From: a virus
Lineage: Duplodnaviria; Caudoviricetes
Reading direction: 5' to 3' (one strand)
DNA: 29,213 bases
IMG/VR virus record: IMGVR_UViG_3300044878_000197
Coordinates: 1 to 29,213 of that record
The translations under genes and the position numbers were made by a program. Position 1 is the first letter of the stretch. Each line of letters begins with the position of its first letter. This document shows, piece after piece, positions 17,442-25,388 of this stretch. Below the pieces are notes generated by a model, which ran no database searches, was not told where the DNA came from, and saw nothing but the letters and a program-made list of their open reading frames with translations.

Positions 17442-18035
17442 TTACCGACGTTTTGTCCAGCTACCGGTTACGACGCCGATGACATTGCCGCCGAAATGCT
17501 CCTTGGTGCCGGACATCAAAAAGTGACCTTCGTGGGTGTCCATGAACTTGCAGAGGCCGTGACCCTCGGCAATCACAAAGTCGCCGTTGCGAGGGTGTAC
17601 CTGCGGGTCGACAAGAATGATCTCTTTGCTGCGGAAGTCAGGCAGATGGCTGTCTCCAGCCACCTCCAGGCAAAAGGCTTCACTGGAAGCGCTGAATGGC
17701 GTTACCAGGCTCTCGAGATGGCTCGAGCGTGGGATCGTGGTTCCTTGTGTTGGAATGGCGCTCCAGGAGATCAAGGGGGCTCTGGTGGCCGCGTCGATGT
17801 CTCTGGTCAAGACCGGATAGACCAGGAACTCTGGGATGTGGCACTCTCGGAGGATGCGATTGATCTGATCAAGATTTGGCTGTCTAGTGTTGTTGAGCCA
17901 GTGGCCAATACCTCCCTGAGTAACGCCGAGGCGCTGAGCCATTTCGGACTGGGTGATGCGCAGAGCAAGCATTTGTTCACGGACAGCCGCTTGCCATGGC
18001 TGGGCTTTGCGCGAATTTATGATCAGCATCTGCAT
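17442..18035 (-). CDS. CI-like prophage repressor (HTH plus S24-type domain)
   Basis: ITQSEMAQRLGVTQGGIGHWLNNTRQPNL HTH; AFCLEVAGDS...IILVDP...GDFVIA; divergent from cro. Confidence 0.9.
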   Translation of the reverse strand: MQMLIINSRKAQPWQAAVREQMLALRITQSEMAQRLGVTQGGIGHWLNNTRQPNLDQINRILRECHIPEFLVYPVLTRDIDAATRAPLISWSAIPTQGTTIPRSSHLESLVTPFSASSEAFCLEVAGDSHLPDFRSKEIILVDPQVHPRNGDFVIAEGHGLCKFMDTHEGHFLMSGTKEHFGGNVIGVVTGSWTKRR

Positions 18036-18067
18036 TTGTATATCTCCAAAATATTTATGGATATCTA

Positions 18068-18098
18068 TTGTGTTGAGTTGAACACATACCGTATTATG
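18068..18098 (+). promoter_or_regulatory. Rightward (cro) promoter with operator
   Basis: TTGTGT-N18-TATTAT; TTGAACAC-ATACC-GTATTATG at 18078-18098 matches the early-cassette operators. Confidence 0.65.
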
Positions 18099-18131
18099 AA
18101 ACTAGAATAACGATAACGCAAGGAGATTCAC

Positions 18132-18350
18132 ATGAATTGCATCAAAAAGTACAGGATTTTGGCGGGTTTGCAGCAATCAGAGCTAGGCAAGGAGATGGGC
18201 CTTACCCAGGGCGCGATCTCTCACTGGGAGCTTGGAGCTCGTCAGCCGAGCATCTCGGCATGCCGCCAAATCCTCGCAATCATCAGGGCGCATGGTGTAG
18301 ATTGCTCATTAGATGACATGTTTCCTGCCGAAGAAGAGATTGCAGCTTGA
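18132..18350 (+). CDS. cro: Cro-like XRE regulator
   Basis: LQQSELGKEMGLTQGAISHWELGARQPS...CSLDDMFP; AAGGAG RBS. Confidence 0.9.
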   Translation: MNCIKKYRILAGLQQSELGKEMGLTQGAISHWELGARQPSISACRQILAIIRAHGVDCSLDDMFPAEEEIAA

Positions 18351-18359
18351 AATGCAGGC

Positions 18360-18387
18360 AAAAAAAACCCGGCGTGAGCCGGGCTTT
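18360..18387. terminator. Terminator-like hairpin after cro
   Basis: A8-CCCGGC/GCCGGG-CTTT. Confidence 0.6.
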
Positions 18388-18478
18388 AAAAAGAGTTGGA
18401 GCTCTGCAAAAGCTCCAACAGGACTCGACCAAGAGTCATTCACCAGATGAACCACCAAGAACATAAGGTAAATACATT

Positions 18479-19690
18479 ATGACGCAGAATATTACTAACT
18501 GCAATAGCAATACTGGCAATTTGTCACGACGCTTCAAAGGCGTGTGGATTCCGAGCGATCTGTGGCTTAACAGTGAACTGTCCATGACAGAGAAATTCCT
18601 GTTACTCGAAGTCGACAGCTACGAAGACGAAGAGCTGGGATATTGCTATGCCACCAACGGCTGGCTCGGTAAGCACCTCCAGCTTTCCAAAAATCGCATC
18701 TCCTCTGCGCTGGCAAGTCTGGCTGCCAAGGATTTGATCAAAATTGACACCTTTATGAGAGGCAGGGTTTCGGAGAGGCGTCTTTTTGTTGTCAACCCGA
18801 TTGAGGATTACGCCGAGGGTGCGGCGGCAACTCAGGCAACTGATGCAGACCCTACCGCAAGGCCATTTAAAGGCATCTGGATCACCAAGTCGGTTTGGCT
18901 CAATGAATCCCTGAACCTGACGCAAAAGGCTCTCCTGGCCGAGATCAATGCCCTGCAGACAAAAGAGAGGGGTTGCTACGCTGGCAATGAGTTCTTCGCT
19001 AATCGCTTTGGCATGACCAAAAAGCATGTTTCCGACGTAATCAGCTTACTCGCTAAGTCTGGATTCGTTTCTGTGCATCAGGTTCGCGATGGTCTAATTA
19101 CCGTGGAGCGCCGCATTTTCGTTGAAAAAATTGATTCAACGATGAAGTTGTCCGGAAATATGGAAGGGTCTAAAGGGGGTTCCAGGAAACAGGAGAACTC
19201 CACCAGGAAACAGGACAACCGATCCACGAAACAGGACAACCATTCCAAATATCCGGAACATAGAGAATCAGTAAGAGAATCAGATAAAAAATCAGGAGGG
19301 CAATACGCTGCTGCGCAGCTAGCCCCCCAAAAGGTTAAACAGGAAAGAAAGTCATTGGGTGAAGCACAGCAGGAGCAAAGGAGCGAAGGCGACTTTGATC
19401 CGAAGACCATCCCGTACGAGGCGATCAAGGATTTGTACAACGAGATCCTGGGTGAGACCAACGGCAAGTGCCTGGGGATCAACGCTTCACATAAAAAACT
19501 GATCCTTTCCTCGTACAACCTAAAGATAAATGACGAGTACCTGGCCAGGGTCGATGGCATGGACTTTTGGGAGGGCCTCTTCAACGATGTTCTTGATAGC
19601 GCCTACCTGATGAGGATCCGTGCTCCATTCGACTTCCTGATCAGCCCCGTGAAGATCCAGAAGCTCCTTGAAGGCCAGTACCACGACTGA
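18479..19690 (+). CDS. Phage replication initiator (O-like) with two tandem winged-HTH domains
   Basis: Duplicated FKG(V/I)WI...WLN..L..T.K.LL.E unit, internal iterons, C-terminal PYEAIKDLYNEIL...FDFLI...LLEGQY. Confidence 0.85.
   Translation: MTQNITNCNSNTGNLSRRFKGVWIPSDLWLNSELSMTEKFLLLEVDSYEDEELGYCYATNGWLGKHLQLSKNRISSALASLAAKDLIKIDTFMRGRVSERRLFVVNPIEDYAEGAAATQATDADPTARPFKGIWITKSVWLNESLNLTQKALLAEINALQTKERGCYAGNEFFANRFGMTKKHVSDVISLLAKSGFVSVHQVRDGLITVERRIFVEKIDSTMKLSGNMEGSKGGSRKQENSTRKQDNRSTKQDNHSKYPEHRESVRESDKKSGGQYAAAQLAPQKVKQERKSLGEAQQEQRSEGDFDPKTIPYEAIKDLYNEILGETNGKCLGINASHKKLILSSYNLKINDEYLARVDGMDFWEGLFNDVLDSAYLMRIRAPFDFLISPVKIQKLLEGQYHD
19182..19297 (+). repeat. Lambda-type origin within the initiator gene
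   Basis: Three 21-bp units CCA(G/C)GAAACAGGA(G/C)AAC at 19182, 19203 and 19224, then A-rich 12-bp repeats AGAGAATCAG at 19262-19297. Confidence 0.75.
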
Positions 19691-19861
19691 TCGACACTTC
19701 GCCCCACAGGGGCGGCTAAGGCCCAAGGAAGGGCCACATAGAAACTAGCCGAGCTAACGCTCGAAGGAACGATCTCTCGACAAGCAAAGCCCCAACAATC
19801 CTTTGCCTGACCAACCTCAAAAAGCAGTTGTCAATTTATTTGAAAATAATTACACAAAGTG

Positions 19862-19892
19862 TTGTACACATAATACGCTCCGTTGTATTATG
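19862..19892 (+). promoter_or_regulatory. Promoter for the helicase gene with an operator-like palindrome
   Basis: TTGTAC-N18-TATTAT; CATAATAC-N8-GTATTATG. Confidence 0.6.
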
Positions 19893-19934
19893 ACCATATA
19901 GAGAGCTTAAGCTCCGAACCAAAAGGAATCGACC

Positions 19935-21311
19935 ATGAAAAACGCAGCCATTAGACCGCTTGAAGCAGTAAACGCCGAGGAAGGCATCCTTTACACAATG
20001 ATGTACTCAGAGGAACTCTGTGTTGAGTTCGGAGCACAGCTTACCAAGCAGGATTTCAGCAACCATGACAATTCGGCCCTGTTTGACCTGATCTTGGCTT
20101 GCCATCGCAAGCAGCTTCCGACTGACATGGTCACGATCAGCAATATGCTCGAAATTCTGCCATCGAAAAAGCCAACAATCGCAGCGATCATGGAACTCGA
20201 CTACAAGTGCGTAGGCGTGACTGATCCTCGCGGCTACGTGACGATCCTCAAGGAGCGCTCCAAGGCTCGCAAGATGTACGAGCTGGGCCAGAGGCTCATG
20301 GAGATGTCCAAAGAGCCCGGCGACGTCCTGGATCAAGTCGCACTGGCACAAACGCTGGCAATGCAGCTGACATCTTCCGATGACACATCCGACGTCAAAA
20401 TGTTCGGTGTTGCACTCGACAGCGTGATGGACAAGATGCACCGCCGCCACGCCGGGGAAGTCGTAACCGGGATCTCATTTGGCCTGGATGACCTCGATGC
20501 CATCGTTCAAGACCTTCGAGCAGGCAACCTCGGCATCATTGCTGGTCGACCTGGCACGGGCAAAACTGTTCTAGGCCTTGGCCTGGCTGAGCGAATCGCC
20601 TTTAAAAAGGGCGGCGCCTCACTGGTTTTTTCCCTGGAAATGCAATCAGACGAGCTTGCCAAACGCTCCCTGTCGTCGTTCTCGGGCGTTAACCAGCAGT
20701 GGATCGATACCGGCCTGGCAGTAGACGACAAAATGGCAATGTCGAAGCTGGAAAGCTCAGTGAAGAGCATCCGTGAGGCCGACATGCGGATCATCGACAA
20801 GCCTGGCCTGACTTTTGATCGCATCTGCTCGATTGCCCGCTTCCAGCACCGGATAAAAAAGCTCGACGTAATCATCATCGACTACCTTGGCCTGATTTCA
20901 TCTGATCCATCGGCTCGCTGGCAGAACCGGAACCAGGAGCTGGGCTCGTACACCAGGGGCTTCAAGCAACTTGCGAAGGAACTCGGAATCCCGGTAATCG
21001 TGCTCTGCCAGCTCAACCGTGAAATCGAATCGCGCCCTGACCCTACGCCAAAAATGTCAGACCTGCGTGACTCCGGTGAGATCGAGCAGGACGCCGACGT
21101 GATCATCATGGCCCACCGCGACATGAGCTCTGAGCGGGGCAAGAACGGCATCACAGAACTTTACGTTGTGAAAGTCCGTCATGCCCAACCAGGAAACTGC
21201 CTCTTGCAATTCCGTGGCGAAATTGCTCGCTTTGAGAATTGCGCGGAGAAGTTCGAAGATCGCCCTGCAGCAAAAGATCGCAAGTCTCTCAGAGCACGCG
21301 CAGCCGCATAA
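19935..21311 (+). CDS. dnaB: DnaB-like replicative helicase
   Basis: IAGRPGTGKT, FSLEM, IIIDYLGL, LCQLNR, SDLRDSGEIEQDAD. Confidence 0.97.
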   Translation: MKNAAIRPLEAVNAEEGILYTMMYSEELCVEFGAQLTKQDFSNHDNSALFDLILACHRKQLPTDMVTISNMLEILPSKKPTIAAIMELDYKCVGVTDPRGYVTILKERSKARKMYELGQRLMEMSKEPGDVLDQVALAQTLAMQLTSSDDTSDVKMFGVALDSVMDKMHRRHAGEVVTGISFGLDDLDAIVQDLRAGNLGIIAGRPGTGKTVLGLGLAERIAFKKGGASLVFSLEMQSDELAKRSLSSFSGVNQQWIDTGLAVDDKMAMSKLESSVKSIREADMRIIDKPGLTFDRICSIARFQHRIKKLDVIIIDYLGLISSDPSARWQNRNQELGSYTRGFKQLAKELGIPVIVLCQLNREIESRPDPTPKMSDLRDSGEIEQDADVIIMAHRDMSSERGKNGITELYVVKVRHAQPGNCLLQFRGEIARFENCAEKFEDRPAAKDRKSLRARAAA

Positions 21312-21323
21312 TTGTCAATTCTC

Positions 21324-21353
21324 AAAAAAACAAGGGGCCGAAAGGCCCCATTT
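21324..21353. terminator. Bidirectional terminator between convergent dnaB and DHFR
   Basis: GGGGCC-GAAA-GGCCCC flanked by A and T runs. Confidence 0.75.
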
Positions 21354-21869
21354 TCATTTGCGTTCCCAGACTTCAAAGCTGTGTGCTGGGTAATCCCCGT
21401 CCTTTTGGCGAGGATCATTGCTGACCATCTCCCAATCGCACTGATCAAATTCCGGGAAATAGGCGTCACCGTCCGGCTCGACGTCGATTCGGGTCAAATA
21501 CAGGCGGTCAGCGTAATCCATGCCAAGGTCATAAAGCTCGGCCCCGCCGATAATCATGACCTCATCGACCAAGGCTTTCTTTGCAAACAATTCTGCAGCC
21601 GCAACGGCCCCAGCCAGGCTCGAATGCACCGAAGCCCCATCAAGCTCAATGCCCTTTTGGCGAGAAACGACGATGTTCAGCCGTCCAGGCAACGGGCGAA
21701 CTGGCAAGGATTCCCAGGTTTTCCGGCCCATAATGATGGGTTTTCCCATCGTTTTCGACTTAAAGTGCCTGAAATCAGCCGGAAGGTGCCATGGCATGCG
21801 GTTGTCGACGCCGATGACGCCGTTGATGGCCTGTGCTGCGATTACGCTGAGAGAAATACCTGCATCCAT
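21354..21869 (-). CDS. folA: Dihydrofolate reductase
   Basis: NGVIG..NRMPWHLPADFRHFK, IMGRKTWESL, RPLPGRLNIVVSR, IIGGAELY, GDAYFP. Confidence 0.96.
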   Translation of the reverse strand: MDAGISLSVIAAQAINGVIGVDNRMPWHLPADFRHFKSKTMGKPIIMGRKTWESLPVRPLPGRLNIVVSRQKGIELDGASVHSSLAGAVAAAELFAKKALVDEVMIIGGAELYDLGMDYADRLYLTRIDVEPDGDAYFPEFDQCDWEMVSNDPRQKDGDYPAHSFEVWERK

Positions 21870-22012
21870 TACGTATAAATCCACTGTGTCAATTCATGTG
21901 TATTTGGCAAATATAATACATATGTCAATGTGTGCATAATGTTGCGTTTGCAAAACATGTCAATTCATTGCGATCATCGTCAAATAATCACACTTCAACA
22001 TATTGTCAATCT

Positions 22013-22234
22013 ATGACTAATGATCTCGACGGAAGGGGGAAACCCTGCCCGAACTGCAGTTTACCCCTGATTTCACTGGCATCCCAGTTCGTCAGGGTCT
22101 GCGGAACCGGCTGTAAGGCCGAATTCCCGTGGCACCTGGCTGAAAACCAAAAGCCCCTGATGGGACATCACCGGCAAGATAGGCAGTCCATTGAAAAAGC
22201 ACAATCACTATCACAAAGACGTCAAACACCTTGA
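22013..22234 (+). CDS. Small Zn-ribbon-like protein
   Basis: CPNC...CGTGC. Confidence 0.5.
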   Translation: MTNDLDGRGKPCPNCSLPLISLASQFVRVCGTGCKAEFPWHLAENQKPLMGHHRQDRQSIEKAQSLSQRRQTP

Positions 22235-22559
22235 TTTCATTGACGTTTATCGCGTCCTTGAGCTCTTCAATGTGACTGATCCCTGCATCCAGCATGCGGT
22301 CAAGAAACTCCTATGCGCCGGTATCCGGGGTGCCAAGAGTCTCGAAAAGGACTATGGCGAAGCCCAGGACTCCATCGTCCGCGCCTTGGAAATGATCGCC
22401 GAGGATGCCAGCAGCATCGTGATCTCGATCCCTGGCAAGCGTGTCATCTGGCCAGACACCGACGACTCTCCGCGTCAGCAGCGGATCGAGCAAAGCGGTG
22501 AGTTGGCCGAGATTTACGAAGTCCTAGACAAAATGGCTGGGCCCGGTGAGCGAGGCTGA
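22191..22559 (+). CDS. Conserved phage hypothetical protein (DUF3310-like)
   Basis: NHYHKDV...IDVYRVLELFNVTDPCIQHAVKKLLCAGIRGAK. Confidence 0.75.
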   Translation: MKKHNHYHKDVKHLDFIDVYRVLELFNVTDPCIQHAVKKLLCAGIRGAKSLEKDYGEAQDSIVRALEMIAEDASSIVISIPGKRVIWPDTDDSPRQQRIEQSGELAEIYEVLDKMAGPGERG

Positions 22560-22938
22560 GGACGCCCTGTACGCCGATCTCTGGTCGCAGGGCGTCGACG
22601 TTGAGCGTGAGTACCGTTTCGCAGCGGAAGCTTGTGGCGGGTCTGGCAAGGGCGTCAGGAAGCGACTCAAGGCTGTAGGGCTCAGGGACTGGAGGTCTGA
22701 CTTCGTTATCCATGACCGCAAGCTACTGATCGAGGTAGAAGGCGGAGGTTGGACAGGTGGCAGACATATTCGGGGTGCCGGGTTTGAGGAGGATTTGCAA
22801 AAGTACGACGCCGCAGTGCGGCTGGGCTGGACTGTTTACCGATGCTCTCCTGGGATGATCAATTCCGGCCAGGCGATCAGCACAATCATGCAACTTATCG
22901 ATGGGAATCGACAAAATGGCACAACGCAAAGCGACTGA
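22546..22938 (+). CDS. PD-(D/E)XK/Vsr-like phage endonuclease
   Basis: EYRF...WRSDF...LIEVEGG.W..GRH.RG.GF..D..KY..A...GW. Confidence 0.85.
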   Translation: MSEAEDALYADLWSQGVDVEREYRFAAEACGGSGKGVRKRLKAVGLRDWRSDFVIHDRKLLIEVEGGGWTGGRHIRGAGFEEDLQKYDAAVRLGWTVYRCSPGMINSGQAISTIMQLIDGNRQNGTTQSD

Positions 22939-24049
22939 CGCAGAAATCAAACTCGCACTCGAGACAATGAGCGCAGGCAAGGCAGCCAAGCACCTTGGCA
23001 TCAACAAGCGAACGCTTTTTGCCCGCAAAGCAAAGATGGCCCGGCAGGGCTGGTCGCCTGAACACGACATGACCAAGGAAGTCCCTGACGGTTTTCATTT
23101 GAAGGGCACTTCGACCCTTTACGATGAAAATGGCGTGGCGAAATTGCAGTGGGTCAAGACGTCGATTGACCATGAACGTCAGCAAGAGTTGATTGCTGAG
23201 GGCCTGAAGGCCATGGCTTCCGAGCTGCCGAAGGTCGAGCCACGCGAGTTTTACAAGTCCACAGACGCGAATCTGTTGGCTGTCTACCCAATCGGCGATG
23301 CCCACATTGGCATGTACGCAAACAAAGCAGAATCAGGCCAGGATTGGGATCTGAAGTCGATTGAGCGCATCCAGTGTGCTGCGATGGCCAGCCTTGTCGA
23401 ATCGGCTCCTCCTACGAAACAAGCCTTGATTATCAATTGCGGAGATTGGTTCCATGCAGACAATGCGGCTGGCGTGACATCACGTAGCCATCATAGCCTC
23501 GATATGTCTGGCCGGTACTTCGAGATGATTCATGTTGGCATCAAGGTGATGCGTCAATGTATTGAATCTGCGCTGCTTAAGCACGAGACCGTCAAAGTAT
23601 TCAATGTCACTGGAAACCATGACGACCTTGGCTCTTGCTGGCTCGCCGTTGCGCTGTCGCACACATACGAAAACGAACCTAGAGTTATCATCGAGACGTC
23701 CCCTGCCCCCTTCCTGTATCACGAGCATGGCAAAGTGCTGATCGGTGCGCACCACGGACACAGTTGCAAAGCAGAGCGCCTGCCAGGCGTGATGGCTGCT
23801 GACCAGGCTCCTGCCTGGGGCCGTACCGTTTACCGATATTGGTACTTGGGCCATGTCCATCACCAAAGCGTCAAAGAGTACGCCGGTGTAACGGTCGAAT
23901 CTTTTAATACCCTGGCCGCAAAAGACGCCTATTCGGCCTGGGGCGGTTACCGTGCTCAGCAAAACATGAAGTGCATTGTCCTGCACGCAGAATACGGCGA
24001 AGTCGGGCGTTACACCGTAAACCCCGATATGCTAAAGTCCGTGGCCTGA
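22916..24049 (+). CDS. Calcineurin-like metallophosphoesterase with N-terminal HTH
   Basis: GDAHIG, GDWFH, GNHD, HHGH and GHVHH motifs; KAAKHLGINKRTL HTH. Confidence 0.88.
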   Translation: MAQRKATDAEIKLALETMSAGKAAKHLGINKRTLFARKAKMARQGWSPEHDMTKEVPDGFHLKGTSTLYDENGVAKLQWVKTSIDHERQQELIAEGLKAMASELPKVEPREFYKSTDANLLAVYPIGDAHIGMYANKAESGQDWDLKSIERIQCAAMASLVESAPPTKQALIINCGDWFHADNAAGVTSRSHHSLDMSGRYFEMIHVGIKVMRQCIESALLKHETVKVFNVTGNHDDLGSCWLAVALSHTYENEPRVIIETSPAPFLYHEHGKVLIGAHHGHSCKAERLPGVMAADQAPAWGRTVYRYWYLGHVHHQSVKEYAGVTVESFNTLAAKDAYSAWGGYRAQQNMKCIVLHAEYGEVGRYTVNPDMLKSVA

Positions 24050-24078
24050 CAATTTACGGATAATGTTAAAGGGTTTTT

Positions 24079-24339
24079 ATGTGCCACAAATGTGATGAAA
24101 AAGCTGCACAGGGTATCGTGATGGAGCCGTTTAATTTTGACGACACTGTCAGCAATGTCGCGGATGGCCTGAGGGCGGCGATTGATCGCGATATCATCAA
24201 GGCACTTAATCGCCGTGGCATAGACCCAAAAAATCTCACGGCAGCTGATTTCTTTGATGGAGGGAAAATTGATTTGCTTGCCAGGGAGGTCAGCAAGTTC
24301 ATTCCGCGTGTTGGCTACAAGACTCAGGAGATGAAATAA
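24079..24339 (+). CDS. Hypothetical protein
   Basis: 86 aa in a tightly packed operon. Confidence 0.6.
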   Translation: MCHKCDEKAAQGIVMEPFNFDDTVSNVADGLRAAIDRDIIKALNRRGIDPKNLTAADFFDGGKIDLLAREVSKFIPRVGYKTQEMK

Positions 24340-24648
24340 ATGATTGGGTCTATACCAGGTATTTGGCACGAAAGGATGATTGGCTCCCTGCACGAAGTCA
24401 TGATGGAGCCTTTGCGGAGAGCGGCGAGGCGTAAAGCCGAAGCTCATCAAAAATTGAGGCGCATGTACCGAGGCCGGCTTAGCGACAAGCAAAAGCCAAT
24501 TCACAGCAAGGCTGAATTCTTGAAAGCAATGCCTCGCTGGGCAATGCTTGCCTCGTATAAGCGACATCGTGCTCAGCAAAAAACCATAACATTCAAGGTA
24601 TCAGACATTGTCTTTGACTTTGATGATGCCAAAACAACTGCAATTTGA
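24340..24648 (+). CDS. Hypothetical basic protein
   Basis: 102 aa; starts directly after the previous stop. Confidence 0.55.
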   Translation: MIGSIPGIWHERMIGSLHEVMMEPLRRAARRKAEAHQKLRRMYRGRLSDKQKPIHSKAEFLKAMPRWAMLASYKRHRAQQKTITFKVSDIVFDFDDAKTTAI

Positions 24649-24658
24649 GATCAATGAA

Positions 24659-24895
24659 ATGACCCAAAAAACCACAATTGAAGACATTGTCACCGCCTGC
24701 GCCGTCCTAGACGCTGCGCCTGTCGAGGATCGTTACATTGTTTTTACCGAAAAAGGCCTTGTCCATGTCAAAGATGGCCTGGTCATAACGGTCGTCGAGG
24801 ACGATGACGAGGAAGACTTCCTTGCCGGCGCCAAGCCCGATGAAGTGCCGACTGCATGCTCCCTCGAAAATGGTGCGTGCGAAGCCTGCCAATAG
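24659..24895 (+). CDS. Small acidic protein ending in an NrdA-like CxxC tail
   Basis: Ends ACSLENGACEACQ; followed by a terminator. Confidence 0.65.
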   Translation: MTQKTTIEDIVTACAVLDAAPVEDRYIVFTEKGLVHVKDGLVITVVEDDDEEDFLAGAKPDEVPTACSLENGACEACQ

Positions 24896-24910
24896 GTCTG
24901 CTTTGATGCC

Positions 24911-24937
24911 AAAGGCCCCTTGATTGGGGCTTTTTTG
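24911..24937 (+). terminator. Intrinsic terminator
   Basis: GGCCCC/GGGGCT stem plus T run. Confidence 0.8.
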
Positions 24938-25137
24938 TGACTGGATGGTGGGCCCAGCCGCAAAAAAAGGAGAGTTAAATGGGCGTGTTACAGATCCATA
25001 TTTGGTGCTTTGAGCCACAAGGAAGGCCGGAAAACCTATTCTCCTTTTTTTCCGGTTGACCTGGATATAAGTCATGGAGGAATTTGACGCCTTGCGCTTG
25101 AGGCGAATCGCCTAGCCTGAGCTTTGCCTCGCGCACG

Positions 25138-25323
25138 TTTTTAAAGTTTTTAAAGTTATTAAATCTTTTTGGGGCTGGAGGCCTTGTAGCACGTGGCCTG
25201 CAGAGCATTTCATCTCCCTCGCTTCCGGTCAGATCTCCCTCGGATCCGGTGAGTTCGCCCTCGGATCCGGTTAATTCTCCTTTTTTTCCGGTCAGATCTC
25301 CCTCGGATCCGGTGTTATCCACA
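25138..25323. repeat. Plasmid iteron origin
   Basis: AT-rich TTTTAAAGT repeats (25138-25170); five 21-bp iterons, consensus CAGATCTCCCTCGGATCCGGT (25209-25313); DnaA box TTATCCACA (25315-25323). Confidence 0.92.
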
Positions 25324-25388
25324 AGCAAATTCCACTTGTATGCGGGCATTTTTGCAGCTATTCTCCCTAAATAATCAAAAAGGAGAGT

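Noticed and set aside
17388-18110. 240-aa plus-strand ORF
   Set aside because: Antisense shadow of the repressor gene
19695-19815. Cluster of small hairpins between initiator and dnaB, one with an AAGGA loop
   Set aside because: Could be an RsmA or priming site, but the stems are short and the evidence too thin
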